Origin: Alphaproteobacteria bacterium
GTDB lineage: Bacteria; Pseudomonadota; Alphaproteobacteria; UBA7887
DNA length: 64,000 nt
Assembly (NCBI GenBank): GCA_965216755.1
Contig: CBDCGL010000011.1
Location: 3,616,001 to 3,680,000, forward strand
Direction of reading: 5' to 3'
The notes beneath the pieces were generated by a model. The model saw only the letters and a list, made by a program, of their open reading frames with translations, was not told the DNA's origin and searched no databases. Position 1 is the stretch's first letter. Each line of letters starts with the position of its first letter. The position numbers were made by a program, and so were the translations under genes. Below, one piece after another: positions 20,342 to 30,341 of this stretch.

Positions 20342-22219
20342 TTAACCGACCGCGATTCCTTTTTCCATCATTGTTGTCATGCGTTTGGAAAACGCCGCTG
20401 GGTCGGGGATCGTGTCGCCTTCGATGATGCGCGCTTGGTCCAACAGCAACCAGGCAGCATCGTCGATAAGTGAATCCGCCGGGTGGTCCTTGGCCCGCGC
20501 CACCAATGCCCTGATCAGTCCGTTTTTCGGATTGACCTCCAGAATACGTTGCGACACGCCGTGCATTTGATCGTGTTGGCGCAACATCCGTTCAAGATGC
20601 ATATCCAGGCCGGTTTCATCCGCGACCAGACAGACGGCACTGTCGGTCAGTCGGCGCGAGACTCGGACGTCTTTGACCGCTTCGCCGAGGGCTGTCTTGA
20701 GGCGCGCGATCAACAGGCCAACATCGGCCTGCGCCGGTGATTCGCCGTCGTCTTTGGTTTCGGCCGGCCCACAGGGTGCGTCGATCTTGTCCAAGTCGAT
20801 ATCGCCGCGGGTCACCGATTTAAACGGTTTGTCGGCGAAACTGTCGACGCGTGACAGCCAAAACTCATCGACCGGATCGGTCAGCAGCAACACTTCGACT
20901 CCGCGGGCAACCAAGCCTTCGATCTGTGGCGAATTGCGCAATTGTTGCTCGGCGTCGCCCGCGACATAGTAGATCGCGTCTTGCCCGGGACGCATCCGCC
21001 CGACATAGTCGTCCAACGTAACCAGGTCGTCGCCATGGGTCGATTGGCATCGCAACAATGCCAAGAGCTGTTCGCGCGCGCCGTCTTCCTCGTACAGGCC
21101 TTCTTTGATCACCGCGCCGAAATTGTCCCAGAAGGTGGCGAACGCTTCTGGTTCCTTGTCGGCTTTCTTTTTCAATTCATTGAGCACACGTTTGACGAGT
21201 GCGGCGCGAATCTTGGCAACGATCGGATTGTGCTGCAGCATCTCGCGACTGATGTTGAGCGGCAGATCTTCGGAATCGACAATGCCGGTCACGAAGCGTA
21301 GCCAGCTCGGCATCAGGTCTTTGCAGTCGTCGGTAATAAACACCCGGCGCACGTAAAGCTTCACGCGGTGTTTGCGCTCCGGCTGGAACAGGTCGAACGG
21401 CCGCGTGGACGGTACGAACAGAAGCGACGCATATTCCAGCCGCCCTTCGGCCTTCATGTGCACGGTCAGCCACGGATCATCGAATGCGTGCGCCACGTGA
21501 TGGTAGAACTCTTTGTATTGTTCTTCGCTGATCTCGTTCTTGGGGCGCGTCCACAGGGCCGATGCGGTGTTGATGGTGTCTTCCTTGCCGTCTTCCGCCA
21601 GCAAGATCGGCAGGGCGATATGGTCGGAATAGGTCTTGACGATCTGCCGCAGTCGCGCGGTCTCCAGAAACTCGCTTTCGCCCTTGCGCAAATGCAGGAC
21701 CACTTCCGTGCCGCGACGTTCGCGTGGCACCTCGTCGATGGTGTATTCGCCCGTGCCGGCCGAGCGCCATTGCCACGCTGTATCCGCGCCGGCTTTCGCC
21801 GTGGTTACGGTCACATCATCGGCGACCATGAAAGATGAATAAAATCCAACACCGAACTGGCCAATCAGCGTCGCGTCTTTGGCCTGGTCGCCGGTCATCT
21901 GGTCGACGAATGCGGCGGTCCCCGAGCGCGCGATGGTGCCTAAATTCTCGACCAGGTCGTCGCGATTCATGCCTATGCCATTATCGGTGACGCTGATGGT
22001 GCGTTTTTTTGCGTCGACGGCGATGGTGACTTTGAGATTGGGGTCGTCAACCAGCAACTCCGGCTGTGTCAGACCGGCATAGCGCAACCGGTCGCAGGCG
22101 TCGGATGCGTTGGAAATCAGTTCACGCAGGAAAATATCTTTGTGACTGTAAAGCGCGTTGACCATGAGGTTGAGCAGCTTGCTGACCTCGGCCTCAAACG
22201 CGCGCGTTTCAGCGCCCAT
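20342..22219 (-). CDS. htpG: Molecular chaperone HtpG (Hsp90)
   Basis: FLRELISNASDA, NLGTIARSGT, IGQFGVGFYS, LPLNISRE. Start placed at MGAETRAF. Confidence 0.96.
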   Translation of the reverse strand: MGAETRAFEAEVSKLLNLMVNALYSHKDIFLRELISNASDACDRLRYAGLTQPELLVDDPNLKVTIAVDAKKRTISVTDNGIGMNRDDLVENLGTIARSGTAAFVDQMTGDQAKDATLIGQFGVGFYSSFMVADDVTVTTAKAGADTAWQWRSAGTGEYTIDEVPRERRGTEVVLHLRKGESEFLETARLRQIVKTYSDHIALPILLAEDGKEDTINTASALWTRPKNEISEEQYKEFYHHVAHAFDDPWLTVHMKAEGRLEYASLLFVPSTRPFDLFQPERKHRVKLYVRRVFITDDCKDLMPSWLRFVTGIVDSEDLPLNISREMLQHNPIVAKIRAALVKRVLNELKKKADKEPEAFATFWDNFGAVIKEGLYEEDGAREQLLALLRCQSTHGDDLVTLDDYVGRMRPGQDAIYYVAGDAEQQLRNSPQIEGLVARGVEVLLLTDPVDEFWLSRVDSFADKPFKSVTRGDIDLDKIDAPCGPAETKDDGESPAQADVGLLIARLKTALGEAVKDVRVSRRLTDSAVCLVADETGLDMHLERMLRQHDQMHGVSQRILEVNPKNGLIRALVARAKDHPADSLIDDAAWLLLDQARIIEGDTIPDPAAFSKRMTTMMEKGIAVG

Positions 22220-22305
22220 TGTGTCCCGTCCCCTTCGTTTCATCCGATCTTCGAGCCGCGCGCGGCCCCGCACGGTGCGTGCGCGCGCGACCGTCCCCGC
22301 GCTCG

Positions 22306-22334
22306 ATATGTGGAAGCCCGCTAAACAGTTCAAG
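22306..22334 (-). promoter_or_regulatory. Putative RpoH (sigma32) promoter of htpG
   Basis: Minus strand reads CTTGAA-N15-CCACATAT about 90 nt upstream of htpG, matching the heat-shock consensus CTTGAA...CCCCATNT. Confidence 0.65.
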
Positions 22335-22425
22335 GCGTGTGGTAATTGAGGCGCCCGCGAAAGCGACCCGCGCGTTGGCCTTAACCCTTGTCAGGGCGAT
22401 CTAAAATGCCCATTCTCAAGTCCGC

Positions 22426-24939
22426 ATGCAGGTTCAGACCGCGAACGGCCGCATCACAGCCGTCCTCGGCCCGACCAATACGGGCAAGACGTATTTGGCC
22501 GTCGAGCGCATGCTCGGCCACGCCAGTGGCATGATCGGGTGCCCCTTACGCCTATTGGCGCGCGAGATTTACGATCGCGTGTGTGCGATACGGGGGACCG
22601 GGCAGACGGCCCTGATCACCGGTGAAGAGCGGATCATTCCCGCGCGGCCGCGCTATTTCATTTGCACGGTCGAATCGATGCCGATCGACCGACAGGTCGA
22701 ATTCGTCGCGATCGATGAAATTCAGCTCGCCGCCGATCCCGACCGCGGCCATGTTTTCACCGATCGCTTGCTGCATGCGCGTGGTTTGTCAGAGACCATG
22801 TTTCTGGGCGCCGAAACCATGGCGCCGATCATTCGGCAATTGGTCCCGAAGGCCCAATTCGTGTCGCGGCCGCGCTTTTCAACCTTGCGATACACGGGCG
22901 AACGGAAACTCACCCGGTTGCCGCCCCGCAGCGCCGTGGTCGCGTTTTCGGCGGCCGAAGTTTACGCTTTGGCGGAAGTCATTCGCCGCGTGCGTGGCGG
23001 TACCGCGGTGGTGTTGGGCGCCCTGAGTCCGCGCACACGCAATGCCCAAGTGGAGTTGTATCAATCGGGCGAGGTCGATTATCTGGTTGCCACGGACGCG
23101 GTCGGCATGGGTCTCAACATGAACGTCGACCATGTCGCGCTGGCGGCGACGCGGAAGTTCGACGGGCGCATGCTCAGGTCCCTGCACGCCGCCGAAATCG
23201 CCCAGATTGCTGGCCGTGCGGGCCGCCACATGCGCGACGGCACCTTTGGCACGACCGCAAATATCGGCGCTCTGGATGGTGCGGATGTGTTGGCCGTTGA
23301 GAGCCACACTTTTCCCGCCTCGGCCTCGGTGTTTTGGCGCAACACGGATTTGGATTTGTCATCGGTCGCCGGCTTGTTGGCCGACTTGGAGCGAAAGCCA
23401 CGCGCCGATTGTCTACGTCGCGCGCCCGAGGGCGAGGACCTGATCTCGCTGCGCGCGCTTGCCGCCATGCCCGCGGTCGCGGCCCGCGCCACCGATTACG
23501 ATCGTGTATCGCTGCTGTGGGACGTGTGCCGTATTCCCGATTTTCGCAAGGTCATGGTCGACGCACACTTCCGCTTGCTGGCACAGATCTATGGCCATCT
23601 CACGGGTCCCAGCGAACAGCTGCCAGACGCTTGGGTTGCGCGCTTGGTCAACCATCTTGATCGCACCGAAGGTGATATCGACACCCTGGCACAGCGGATC
23701 GCCCATATTCGCACCTGGAACTATGTTGCGCACCGGCCGGGTTGGGTGGTCGATGCCGCCGGTCTGCAGGATCGTGCTCGCGCCATTGAAGACCGTCTGT
23801 CTGATGCCTTGCACCGGGCCCTGACCAATCGCTTTGTCGATCGACGCACGGCGGCGCTGGTGCGGGGGTTGCGCGCCCGCGACACGACCTTGGCGTCGGT
23901 TGGATCGGACGGCACCGTCTGTATCGAAGGTGAGCCGGTCGGCCGCCTGACTGGCCTGTCATTCTCACCCGACAACCGCACATCTTGGCAGGCCGATCGA
24001 ACCCTGCAAGCCGCGGTGCGCAGGGTCTTGATACCGGCGGTCGAAGGTCGCGCCGCGCGGTTGATCGCGTCCCGCGATGACACTTTCGCGGTCGGACAAG
24101 ACGGCACGCTCTTGTGGCGCCAGGCGCCGGTTGGTCGGATCGTGCCCGGGCCCTCGTGGCAAGATCCAGCCGTGCGCATGGCCGGTAACGACTATCTCGA
24201 TGGGGCGCGGCGCGAACTGGTTCGCGGTCGTTTGCAGGCGTGGCTGCGCCGCTACATCGATCAAGCGTTTGCCACCTTGCGCCGTGCCCAGCAGAGTGAC
24301 ACCAGCGCTGCGGTGCGCGGTTTGATGTTTCAACTGGCCGAGGCCGGGGGATCGATGCGCCGCGCCGATGTCGATGCCCAAATCAAGCTGTTGGATCGCG
24401 CCGACCGACGGCAACTCGCGCGTCTTGGAATCCGGTTGGGGCGCGACAGCGTTTATGCGCTGGACATGATCAAACCGCACGCGATCGCGGCACGGCGGCT
24501 GTTGTGGCAGGCCCAGCACGGTGAGGCCCCCGATCTGCCACCGGCGGGGGCCACGTCGGTGCCAGACGACGGCAGCGTGACACCGGATTTCTATGAGGCC
24601 ATTGGCTATCGGGTGGTTGGCCCGCGGGCGATCCGGATCGACATTTTCGAGCGACTCACCGCTGCCTTGCGTCAGCGGGCGCGGACCGGGCCGTTTCCGG
24701 CCGATGCCGCGTTGCTGGCGCAAGCTGGTTGCCGCCGGGACGAGTTCGATAGTCTACTCAAGGCGTTGGGTTATACGGCCGTGGCCCGCGACGGTGCCGA
24801 CGGACCCCAGCTTTACGCCTTTAAACGCCGACAGACTCGCAAAAGGCGTGCGCGGTCAAAGGCCGACGGCGCGCAGCGGCGCGGGTCACCCTTTGCGGTT
24901 CTCGCGCAGTTGCGCGGCGCCACCCAGCGTTCCACATAG
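22426..24939 (+). CDS. Suv3-like SF2 helicase
   Basis: GPTNTGKT, PLRLLA, DEIQ, ATDAVGMGLN, QIAGRAGR. Confidence 0.9.
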   Translation: MQVQTANGRITAVLGPTNTGKTYLAVERMLGHASGMIGCPLRLLAREIYDRVCAIRGTGQTALITGEERIIPARPRYFICTVESMPIDRQVEFVAIDEIQLAADPDRGHVFTDRLLHARGLSETMFLGAETMAPIIRQLVPKAQFVSRPRFSTLRYTGERKLTRLPPRSAVVAFSAAEVYALAEVIRRVRGGTAVVLGALSPRTRNAQVELYQSGEVDYLVATDAVGMGLNMNVDHVALAATRKFDGRMLRSLHAAEIAQIAGRAGRHMRDGTFGTTANIGALDGADVLAVESHTFPASASVFWRNTDLDLSSVAGLLADLERKPRADCLRRAPEGEDLISLRALAAMPAVAARATDYDRVSLLWDVCRIPDFRKVMVDAHFRLLAQIYGHLTGPSEQLPDAWVARLVNHLDRTEGDIDTLAQRIAHIRTWNYVAHRPGWVVDAAGLQDRARAIEDRLSDALHRALTNRFVDRRTAALVRGLRARDTTLASVGSDGTVCIEGEPVGRLTGLSFSPDNRTSWQADRTLQAAVRRVLIPAVEGRAARLIASRDDTFAVGQDGTLLWRQAPVGRIVPGPSWQDPAVRMAGNDYLDGARRELVRGRLQAWLRRYIDQAFATLRRAQQSDTSAAVRGLMFQLAEAGGSMRRADVDAQIKLLDRADRRQLARLGIRLGRDSVYALDMIKPHAIAARRLLWQAQHGEAPDLPPAGATSVPDDGSVTPDFYEAIGYRVVGPRAIRIDIFERLTAALRQRARTGPFPADAALLAQAGCRRDEFDSLLKALGYTAVARDGADGPQLYAFKRRQTRKRRARSKADGAQRRGSPFAVLAQLRGATQRST

Positions 24940-24953
24940 CCGATGAGAGCAAT

Positions 24954-25382
24954 TTGAGCGACGCACCGGATGCCGCTAACCAGGCGGTCCAAAATGGCAC
25001 TGAGAATGGTGGCGCTTTGCGGCTCGACAAATGGCTTTGGTATGCACGCTTTTTCAAATCGCGCAGCCTTGCTGCACGGCTTTGTGCCGGCCAACATGTG
25101 CGCCTCAACCGACGCCGCGTGAGCAAGCCGCACACGCCCGTTCGCGTCGGCGACACACTGACTTTTCCCCAAGGGCGAACGATCCGCGTGGTGCGCGTGG
25201 CGGCGCTCGGGGTGCGCCGCGGGCCGGCCCGCGAAGCCGCCTTGTTGTATGAGGACCTGTCGCCGGCGGCCACCGATGGTGGCGCCACGCGGCCCACGAC
25301 GGCGGCACAGCGGGCGCCGGGCGCCGGACGGCCGACCAAGGTCGAACGACGCGCGATGGAACGGCTCAAGGGTCACTCTTGA
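24954..25382 (+). CDS. hslR: S4-domain RNA-binding protein (Hsp15-like)
   Basis: RLDKWLWYARFFKSRSLA and C-terminal GAGRPTKVERR. Confidence 0.88.
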   Translation: MSDAPDAANQAVQNGTENGGALRLDKWLWYARFFKSRSLAARLCAGQHVRLNRRRVSKPHTPVRVGDTLTFPQGRTIRVVRVAALGVRRGPAREAALLYEDLSPAATDGGATRPTTAAQRAPGAGRPTKVERRAMERLKGHS

Positions 25383-25544
25383 GCCGAAGGTCCAACTTGC
25401 TCACCGACAAAGGCGTGTGATAGATGAGGCGCGGTTCGGGACCGACGATTTCAGCGGCACTATCCGGCATGGCCCGATACCCAGCGGCGTGGGTGATCCC
25501 GCGAACCGACGCAACGGCTGTAAGAACCCCAGGTTAAGGTCGTC

Positions 25545-26009
25545 ATGATTAAGAAGATCGCGGCGCTTTTTCAAGCCGAGCCAGCGGCCGTCGCGCGCAC
25601 CGCGACACACGACGATGACGACAAACGCGTCGCGGCGGCGGCCTTGTTGATCGAAGCGGCGATGATGGACAGCCAGTTCGATGATGATGAGCGCGCGACG
25701 ATCGCGGCGCTGGTGCAGCAGCGTTTCGACTTGGAACCCGACGAAAGCGAAGAATTGATCGCGCGCGCGGCGCGTGCCGTCGACGAGACCCAGCAGCTTT
25801 ATCGATTTACCCGCGTCATCAACGACACATTCGCGCCCGAGGAACGTGTCGAACTGATCGAAATGTTGTGGGCGGTGGTCTATGCCGATGGCGAACTGCA
25901 TCACTATGAGGCCAACCTGCTGCGCCGCGTCGCCGGATTGTTGTATGTCAGCGACAAGGACCGGGGCCTGGCCAAGCGGCGAGTCTTACAGCGTTTGGGC
26001 CTCAGCTAA
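25545..26009 (+). CDS. TerB family protein
   Basis: AAALLIEAAMMD and MLWAVVYADGELHHYEANLLRRVAGLL. Confidence 0.82.
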   Translation: MIKKIAALFQAEPAAVARTATHDDDDKRVAAAALLIEAAMMDSQFDDDERATIAALVQQRFDLEPDESEELIARAARAVDETQQLYRFTRVINDTFAPEERVELIEMLWAVVYADGELHHYEANLLRRVAGLLYVSDKDRGLAKRRVLQRLGLS

Positions 26010-26157
26010 CGTTCTTGCGCGCAGTGCGCGCCTGCCGAACACAAGAATTCATTGAATAAAGTGTCCGCGTGGGCCAGAAACAGGCGGTTGAGACAACGGG
26101 GCTACTGTTGGCGCTGTGCCCGGGCCGCCGATGCGCCGGTTTGAGGAGAGGGTGAGA

Positions 26158-26499
26158 ATGACCTACGTCGTGATCGATTCATGCATTCGCTGCAAATACA
26201 TGGATTGTGTTGAAGTGTGCCCGGTGGACTGCTTCTACGAAGGTGAAAACATGCTGGTCATTCATCCGGATGAATGCATCGATTGCGGCGTTTGCGAACC
26301 GGAGTGCCCGGCCGAGGCGATATTGCCCGACAGTGAGGGCGAGCTCGACAAATGGCTGAAATTGAATCGCGATTATGCCGAGAAGTGGCCGAATATTACG
26401 CGCAAGGGCGAGTCACCGCCGGACGCCGATGAATACAAGGATATGGATGGCAAGTTCGAAAAGTTTTTCAGCGACAAGCCGGGCAATACGGACGGTTAG
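26158..26499 (+). CDS. fdxA: 7Fe ferredoxin
   Basis: [23 protein letters not shown] and [12 protein letters not shown]; GAGGAG upstream of ATG 26158. Confidence 0.95.
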   Translation: MTYVVIDSCIRCKYMDCVEVCPVDCFYEGENMLVIHPDECIDCGVCEPECPAEAILPDSEGELDKWLKLNRDYAEKWPNITRKGESPPDADEYKDMDGKFEKFFSDKPGNTDG

Positions 26500-26639
26500 C
26501 TGGCGTACTGGCCCGGGCGCGATCGCTGGCCGGGCCGGGTGACGCGAATGATCCAATGCGAACTTTCCCTGCCGCCGCGGATCACGTCGCCCTGAGCGTG
26601 ACGGGTATGGCAGCTACGCGGGCCGTTTCTGCCAAAACA

Positions 26640-26667
26640 TTGTATTTCTGCAACAATTTGTGATACT
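26640..26667 (+). promoter_or_regulatory. Candidate carD promoter with extended -10
   Basis: TTGTAT-N16-GATACT with TG preceding the -10, in an AT-rich patch about 230 nt upstream of carD. Confidence 0.4.
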
Positions 26668-26898
26668 TTCTTGAAGCTGGTTAGTGGGAAGTCGTTCGTG
26701 CCCCGCCGTAACAATGGCCGGGGTGTCATCATCCGAGCACTGACGAACGAGACTGTCGCGGGCAGGCCTTAGAACGTGGGGCTGGCGCCGTGAAGGTGAC
26801 GGTTCGCCAATTTGGCCATCAACGCTATTGCCTATGCCCAGCGCCCGCGGCGACAGCCAAAGCCGCATTGAACCTAAGCGGGAAGAAAGACTTTTGAC

Positions 26899-27396
26899 AT
26901 GATGGACAAGCGGAAATTCGACGCGGGTGACTTTGTCGTCTATCCGTCGCATGGCCTGGGCCGTGTCATCGGCCTGGAACAACAGACCATAGGCGGGATG
27001 GAGCTCAATCTGTATGTGATTGATTTCGCTAAAGATAAGATGACGTTGCGGGTGCCGATCGAAAAGGCTCTGGATTCAGGTATGCGGCCCATCAGCTCCC
27101 ACGCGCAAATGGGTAAGGCGGTCAAGACTCTGAAGGGCCGCGCCCGCGTCAAGCGCACGATGTGGAGCCGGCGCGCACAGGAATATGAGGCCAAGCTCAA
27201 TTCGGGCGACCCAGTATCAATTGCCGAAGTCCTGCGCGATCTGCACCGCGCGGCGGGGCAACCCGAGCAATCCTATAGCGAGCGACAACTTTATGAAGCC
27301 GCGCTTGACAGGCTGGCGCGTGAGTTCGCCGCCGTCGAGAATATCGATACGGATGCGGCGACCAAAAAACTTGAAGAGGTCCTGGAGGCGGCCTAG
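26899..27396 (+). CDS. carD: CarD family transcriptional regulator
   Basis: GDFVVYPSHGLG, MWSRRAQEYEAKLNSG, EQSYSERQLYEAAL. Confidence 0.95.
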   Translation: MMDKRKFDAGDFVVYPSHGLGRVIGLEQQTIGGMELNLYVIDFAKDKMTLRVPIEKALDSGMRPISSHAQMGKAVKTLKGRARVKRTMWSRRAQEYEAKLNSGDPVSIAEVLRDLHRAAGQPEQSYSERQLYEAALDRLAREFAAVENIDTDAATKKLEEVLEAA

Positions 27397-27585
27397 CGTG
27401 GCCTGAACGTCGTCGACCGGTTATCGTTCCATCGATATCACTTGTGTTGCGTTAGCGTGCCACGCCAAGCACCGACCGCGATGGCGGTTGGTTGTCGTCG
27501 CCGCGCCAGTGGGTATGATGCACTTTGTGGCGACCTTGCCGAATTGATTGCGGCAAGTCGTCGGTGTTGAGGGCCGTCGACGCGC

Positions 27586-28392
27586 GTGGCTGGGGGGCAA
27601 CAGGGTAAATTTGCAGTGTTGGCGCATCCGCGCCGGGTTTGGGCCGTGGCAGCCGTCCACGGCGCTGCGGCACGACTGCGTGCCCTCCACGACAGTTTGG
27701 AGCGCCGGTTCGTCGCCGGCGATCGCTTGGTTTACACGGGCAATCTGTTGGGCCGCGGCGATGCCGTTCGCGAAACGGCGGACGAGGTTCTGCTGTTTCG
27801 ACGCGCCTTGTTGGCGCGCTTTCTTTTGCAAAACGAGGACATCGTCATATTGCGCGGTGGCCAGGAAGAGATGTGGCACAAGCTTCTGCAGCTGCATCTG
27901 GCGCACGCACCGGCCCAGGTCGCGGAATGGATGTTCGCCAATGGCGCCGCCGCGACCCTGGCTTCATACGGCGGTGATGCGGACGAAGCGCGCATGCGCT
28001 GTCGCGAAGGCGCGCTGGCGTTGGCGCGATGGACCGGTCAACTGCGCGAGGCGGTGCGCCGCCATTCCGGTCACGAAGAGCTGTTGTTTTCACTCCGGCG
28101 CGCGGCCGTCAGCGACAATGGCCGCTTATTGTTTGTTCATTGTGGTCTCGACATCACGCGGCCCCTGGCCGATCAGGCCGACAGCTTTTGGTGGGGCGCC
28201 AGCGATTTTCAGGCCATCAATGAACCCTACGAAGGGTTTGCGCGTATTGTGCGCGGCTACGATCCCAATCATGCCGGCGCCGACAATGGCGCCGTTGCCA
28301 TAACGATCGACGGCAACTGCGGTTTTGGCGGCGAATTGGTCGCGGTGTGTTTTGACTCCGATGGCGCGATGGTTGATCAGATCACTGTCTGA
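27586..28392 (+). CDS. Metallophosphoesterase-fold protein with degenerate catalytic motifs
   Basis: The order and spacing of calcineurin-like motifs is kept (AVHG, TGNLLGRG, LRGGQE, FVHCG, IDGNCGFGG), but the metal ligands are substituted. Confidence 0.7.
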   Translation: MAGGQQGKFAVLAHPRRVWAVAAVHGAAARLRALHDSLERRFVAGDRLVYTGNLLGRGDAVRETADEVLLFRRALLARFLLQNEDIVILRGGQEEMWHKLLQLHLAHAPAQVAEWMFANGAAATLASYGGDADEARMRCREGALALARWTGQLREAVRRHSGHEELLFSLRRAAVSDNGRLLFVHCGLDITRPLADQADSFWWGASDFQAINEPYEGFARIVRGYDPNHAGADNGAVAITIDGNCGFGGELVAVCFDSDGAMVDQITV

Positions 28393-28570
28393 GCGCTGAT
28401 CATTCGGCGGTCGCCGACCGAACGTGTTCCCCAATTTGAGCTGTATTTCCGCGGTTTCTGCGTAAGCCATTGGCCCTTAACGCTTTGGTAAGCATTGGCG
28501 GTTGTTAATACATTCACCGTCAAGAAATAGGCGGGCAATTATTCAACCAAGAATGTGGTCAGGTTCAACA

Positions 28571-29449
28571 ATGGCTGTTGCAGAAAATCCCGCCACGCAA
28601 AGTGCAAATCGGCGGTACATCAATCGGTCCATGAAGACGGCGCTGCTGACGCGTGAACGCGAGTTCGAGCTGGCGCGTCGGTGGCGCGATTCGCAGGATG
28701 AAGAGGCATTGCACGAATTGGTCAATGCCTACTCTCGGCTGGTCATCAAGATCGCGGCGCGGTTCCGCAACTACGGGCTGCCCATGAGTGACCTTGTGCA
28801 AGAAGGCAACATCGGCATCTTGCAGGCGGCGGCGCGTTTCGAGCCGGAACGCGAGATCCGCTTTTCGACCTACGCCTCTTGGTGGATTCGCTCGGCGATG
28901 CAGGACTATGTGCTGCGCAACTGGTCGATTGTCCGTACCGGAACGACCGCCGCTCAAAAAGCGTTGTTCTTTAATCTACGCCGCATGCGCGCCAAATATG
29001 CGCGCGATTTGGACGGCTGGCTGGATGAAAAAAGCACACGAAAAATCGCCGACGAGCTACGCGTCAACACCTCGGATGTTGGCGACATGGAAATGCGCTT
29101 GGCCGCCAATGACCAGTCGCTGAATGCCTCCGTCGCCGATTCTAGCGAGGACGAGTGGCAGGATTTCTTGCAAGACGACCAAGCTGGCCCGGAAGAGGTG
29201 GTCGTTGAAATGCGCGACCACGAGACCCGCTCGCGTTGGCTTGCTCAGGCGCTAGAGGAGCTGTCGCCACGTGAACGGACGATCATCAGCGAACGGCGCT
29301 TGCGCGAAAACGCGGTGACTCTGGAGGAACTTGGCAAGACCTTGGGAATCAGCAAGGAGCGCGTCCGCCAGATCGAACATAAGGCTTTGCAAAAACTGCG
29401 CACGTCGGTCACCAAGCGCGAGAATCCCGAACTCGATCAGGCGGCGTAG
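28571..29449 (+). CDS. rpoH: RNA polymerase sigma-32 family factor (RpoH2-like)
   Basis: DLVQEGNIG, RFSTYASWW, RpoH box AQKALFFNLRR, ISKERVRQIE. Start placed at ATG 28571. Confidence 0.9.
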   Translation: MAVAENPATQSANRRYINRSMKTALLTREREFELARRWRDSQDEEALHELVNAYSRLVIKIAARFRNYGLPMSDLVQEGNIGILQAAARFEPEREIRFSTYASWWIRSAMQDYVLRNWSIVRTGTTAAQKALFFNLRRMRAKYARDLDGWLDEKSTRKIADELRVNTSDVGDMEMRLAANDQSLNASVADSSEDEWQDFLQDDQAGPEEVVVEMRDHETRSRWLAQALEELSPRERTIISERRLRENAVTLEELGKTLGISKERVRQIEHKALQKLRTSVTKRENPELDQAA

Positions 29450-29494
29450 TTTCGACGCGTTGCCAATCTGATTGCGCGCGCCGGGGCCGAGTGG

Positions 29495-30301
29495 TCAGAA
29501 CAACAGCTCGATTTGTTCGGGGTGGGTCGCATCGATGACCGGGCCATTGAATTCCTCGATCCAGCCCCGCGCCCGCAAATCACGGCCGACCAGCTCCTCG
29601 AACACATAGCCCTCGGCCTCAAATAGGCGGCGGTCGCGCGGGGCGATGGATATGGTGAAGTCACTTCGCCAATCTTCGCCAAAGTTCAAATAGGCGCGGC
29701 CGCGCACCACCGCCGCCGAAACCACTGTGCCCTCGACCAACTGGAAGCTGCCAATATCATCGTCGACCTCGACCACGTCCCGGATCGCGTAAAAGGGGTG
29801 GCGCCAAATTCCCGCCGCCGCCTCGCGGGCGGCACGCTCGCGGTCAAGCAAATCGCTGACGCAAGATCGATTGTCGGCAAAAGTGTAGACGCGCGCCATC
29901 CCGGCGCTGACCATCTCACCCTGCACCCACAGCGAATCATCCAAATATAGATGAGCCAGCAATCGACCATGGCGGTCGACCTCGCGGCCGCCATGCGCCA
30001 GCTGCACGTTACGTCCCAGGACCAATTTTTCCAACGCCTGCTGGGCCTCGTCGGCGAGCGGCCAAGCCACGAAGTTGCGGCGTCCAAGTGGCAACTTCGG
30101 CGCTTGGGTGCCGACCAGGCGGACTTCTCGGCCGCTCTCAAGGACGACCGTGTCACCGTCAATCACTTCAACAACCTGTTGGCCCGGACCGACACGCTCA
30201 AGATCGCAGGCATCGGCCGGTTTGCCCCAGATCATGAGCGCCAGCGCCGGCAGCAATCCAGCAAGCAAACGACCACGGCCATGTTTTTGCCATGATGTCA
30301 T
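29495..30301 (-). CDS. Thermonuclease (SNase) family protein
   Basis: VIDGDT, VRLVGTQAP, DRHGRLLA, GIW; N-terminal hydrophobic segment. Start placed at MTSWQ. Confidence 0.88.
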   Translation of the reverse strand: MTSWQKHGRGRLLAGLLPALALMIWGKPADACDLERVGPGQQVVEVIDGDTVVLESGREVRLVGTQAPKLPLGRRNFVAWPLADEAQQALEKLVLGRNVQLAHGGREVDRHGRLLAHLYLDDSLWVQGEMVSAGMARVYTFADNRSCVSDLLDRERAAREAAAGIWRHPFYAIRDVVEVDDDIGSFQLVEGTVVSAAVVRGRAYLNFGEDWRSDFTISIAPRDRRLFEAEGYVFEELVGRDLRARGWIEEFNGPVIDATHPEQIELLF

Positions 30302-30341
30302 CGCGTCGCTAGTATCCCCCTTCTTCACTTCACCATCGTCG

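Noticed and set aside
28477-28491. TTAA-N7-GTAA upstream of rpoH as a CtrA box
   Set aside because: One imperfect short site is too weak to call without a genome-wide matrix.
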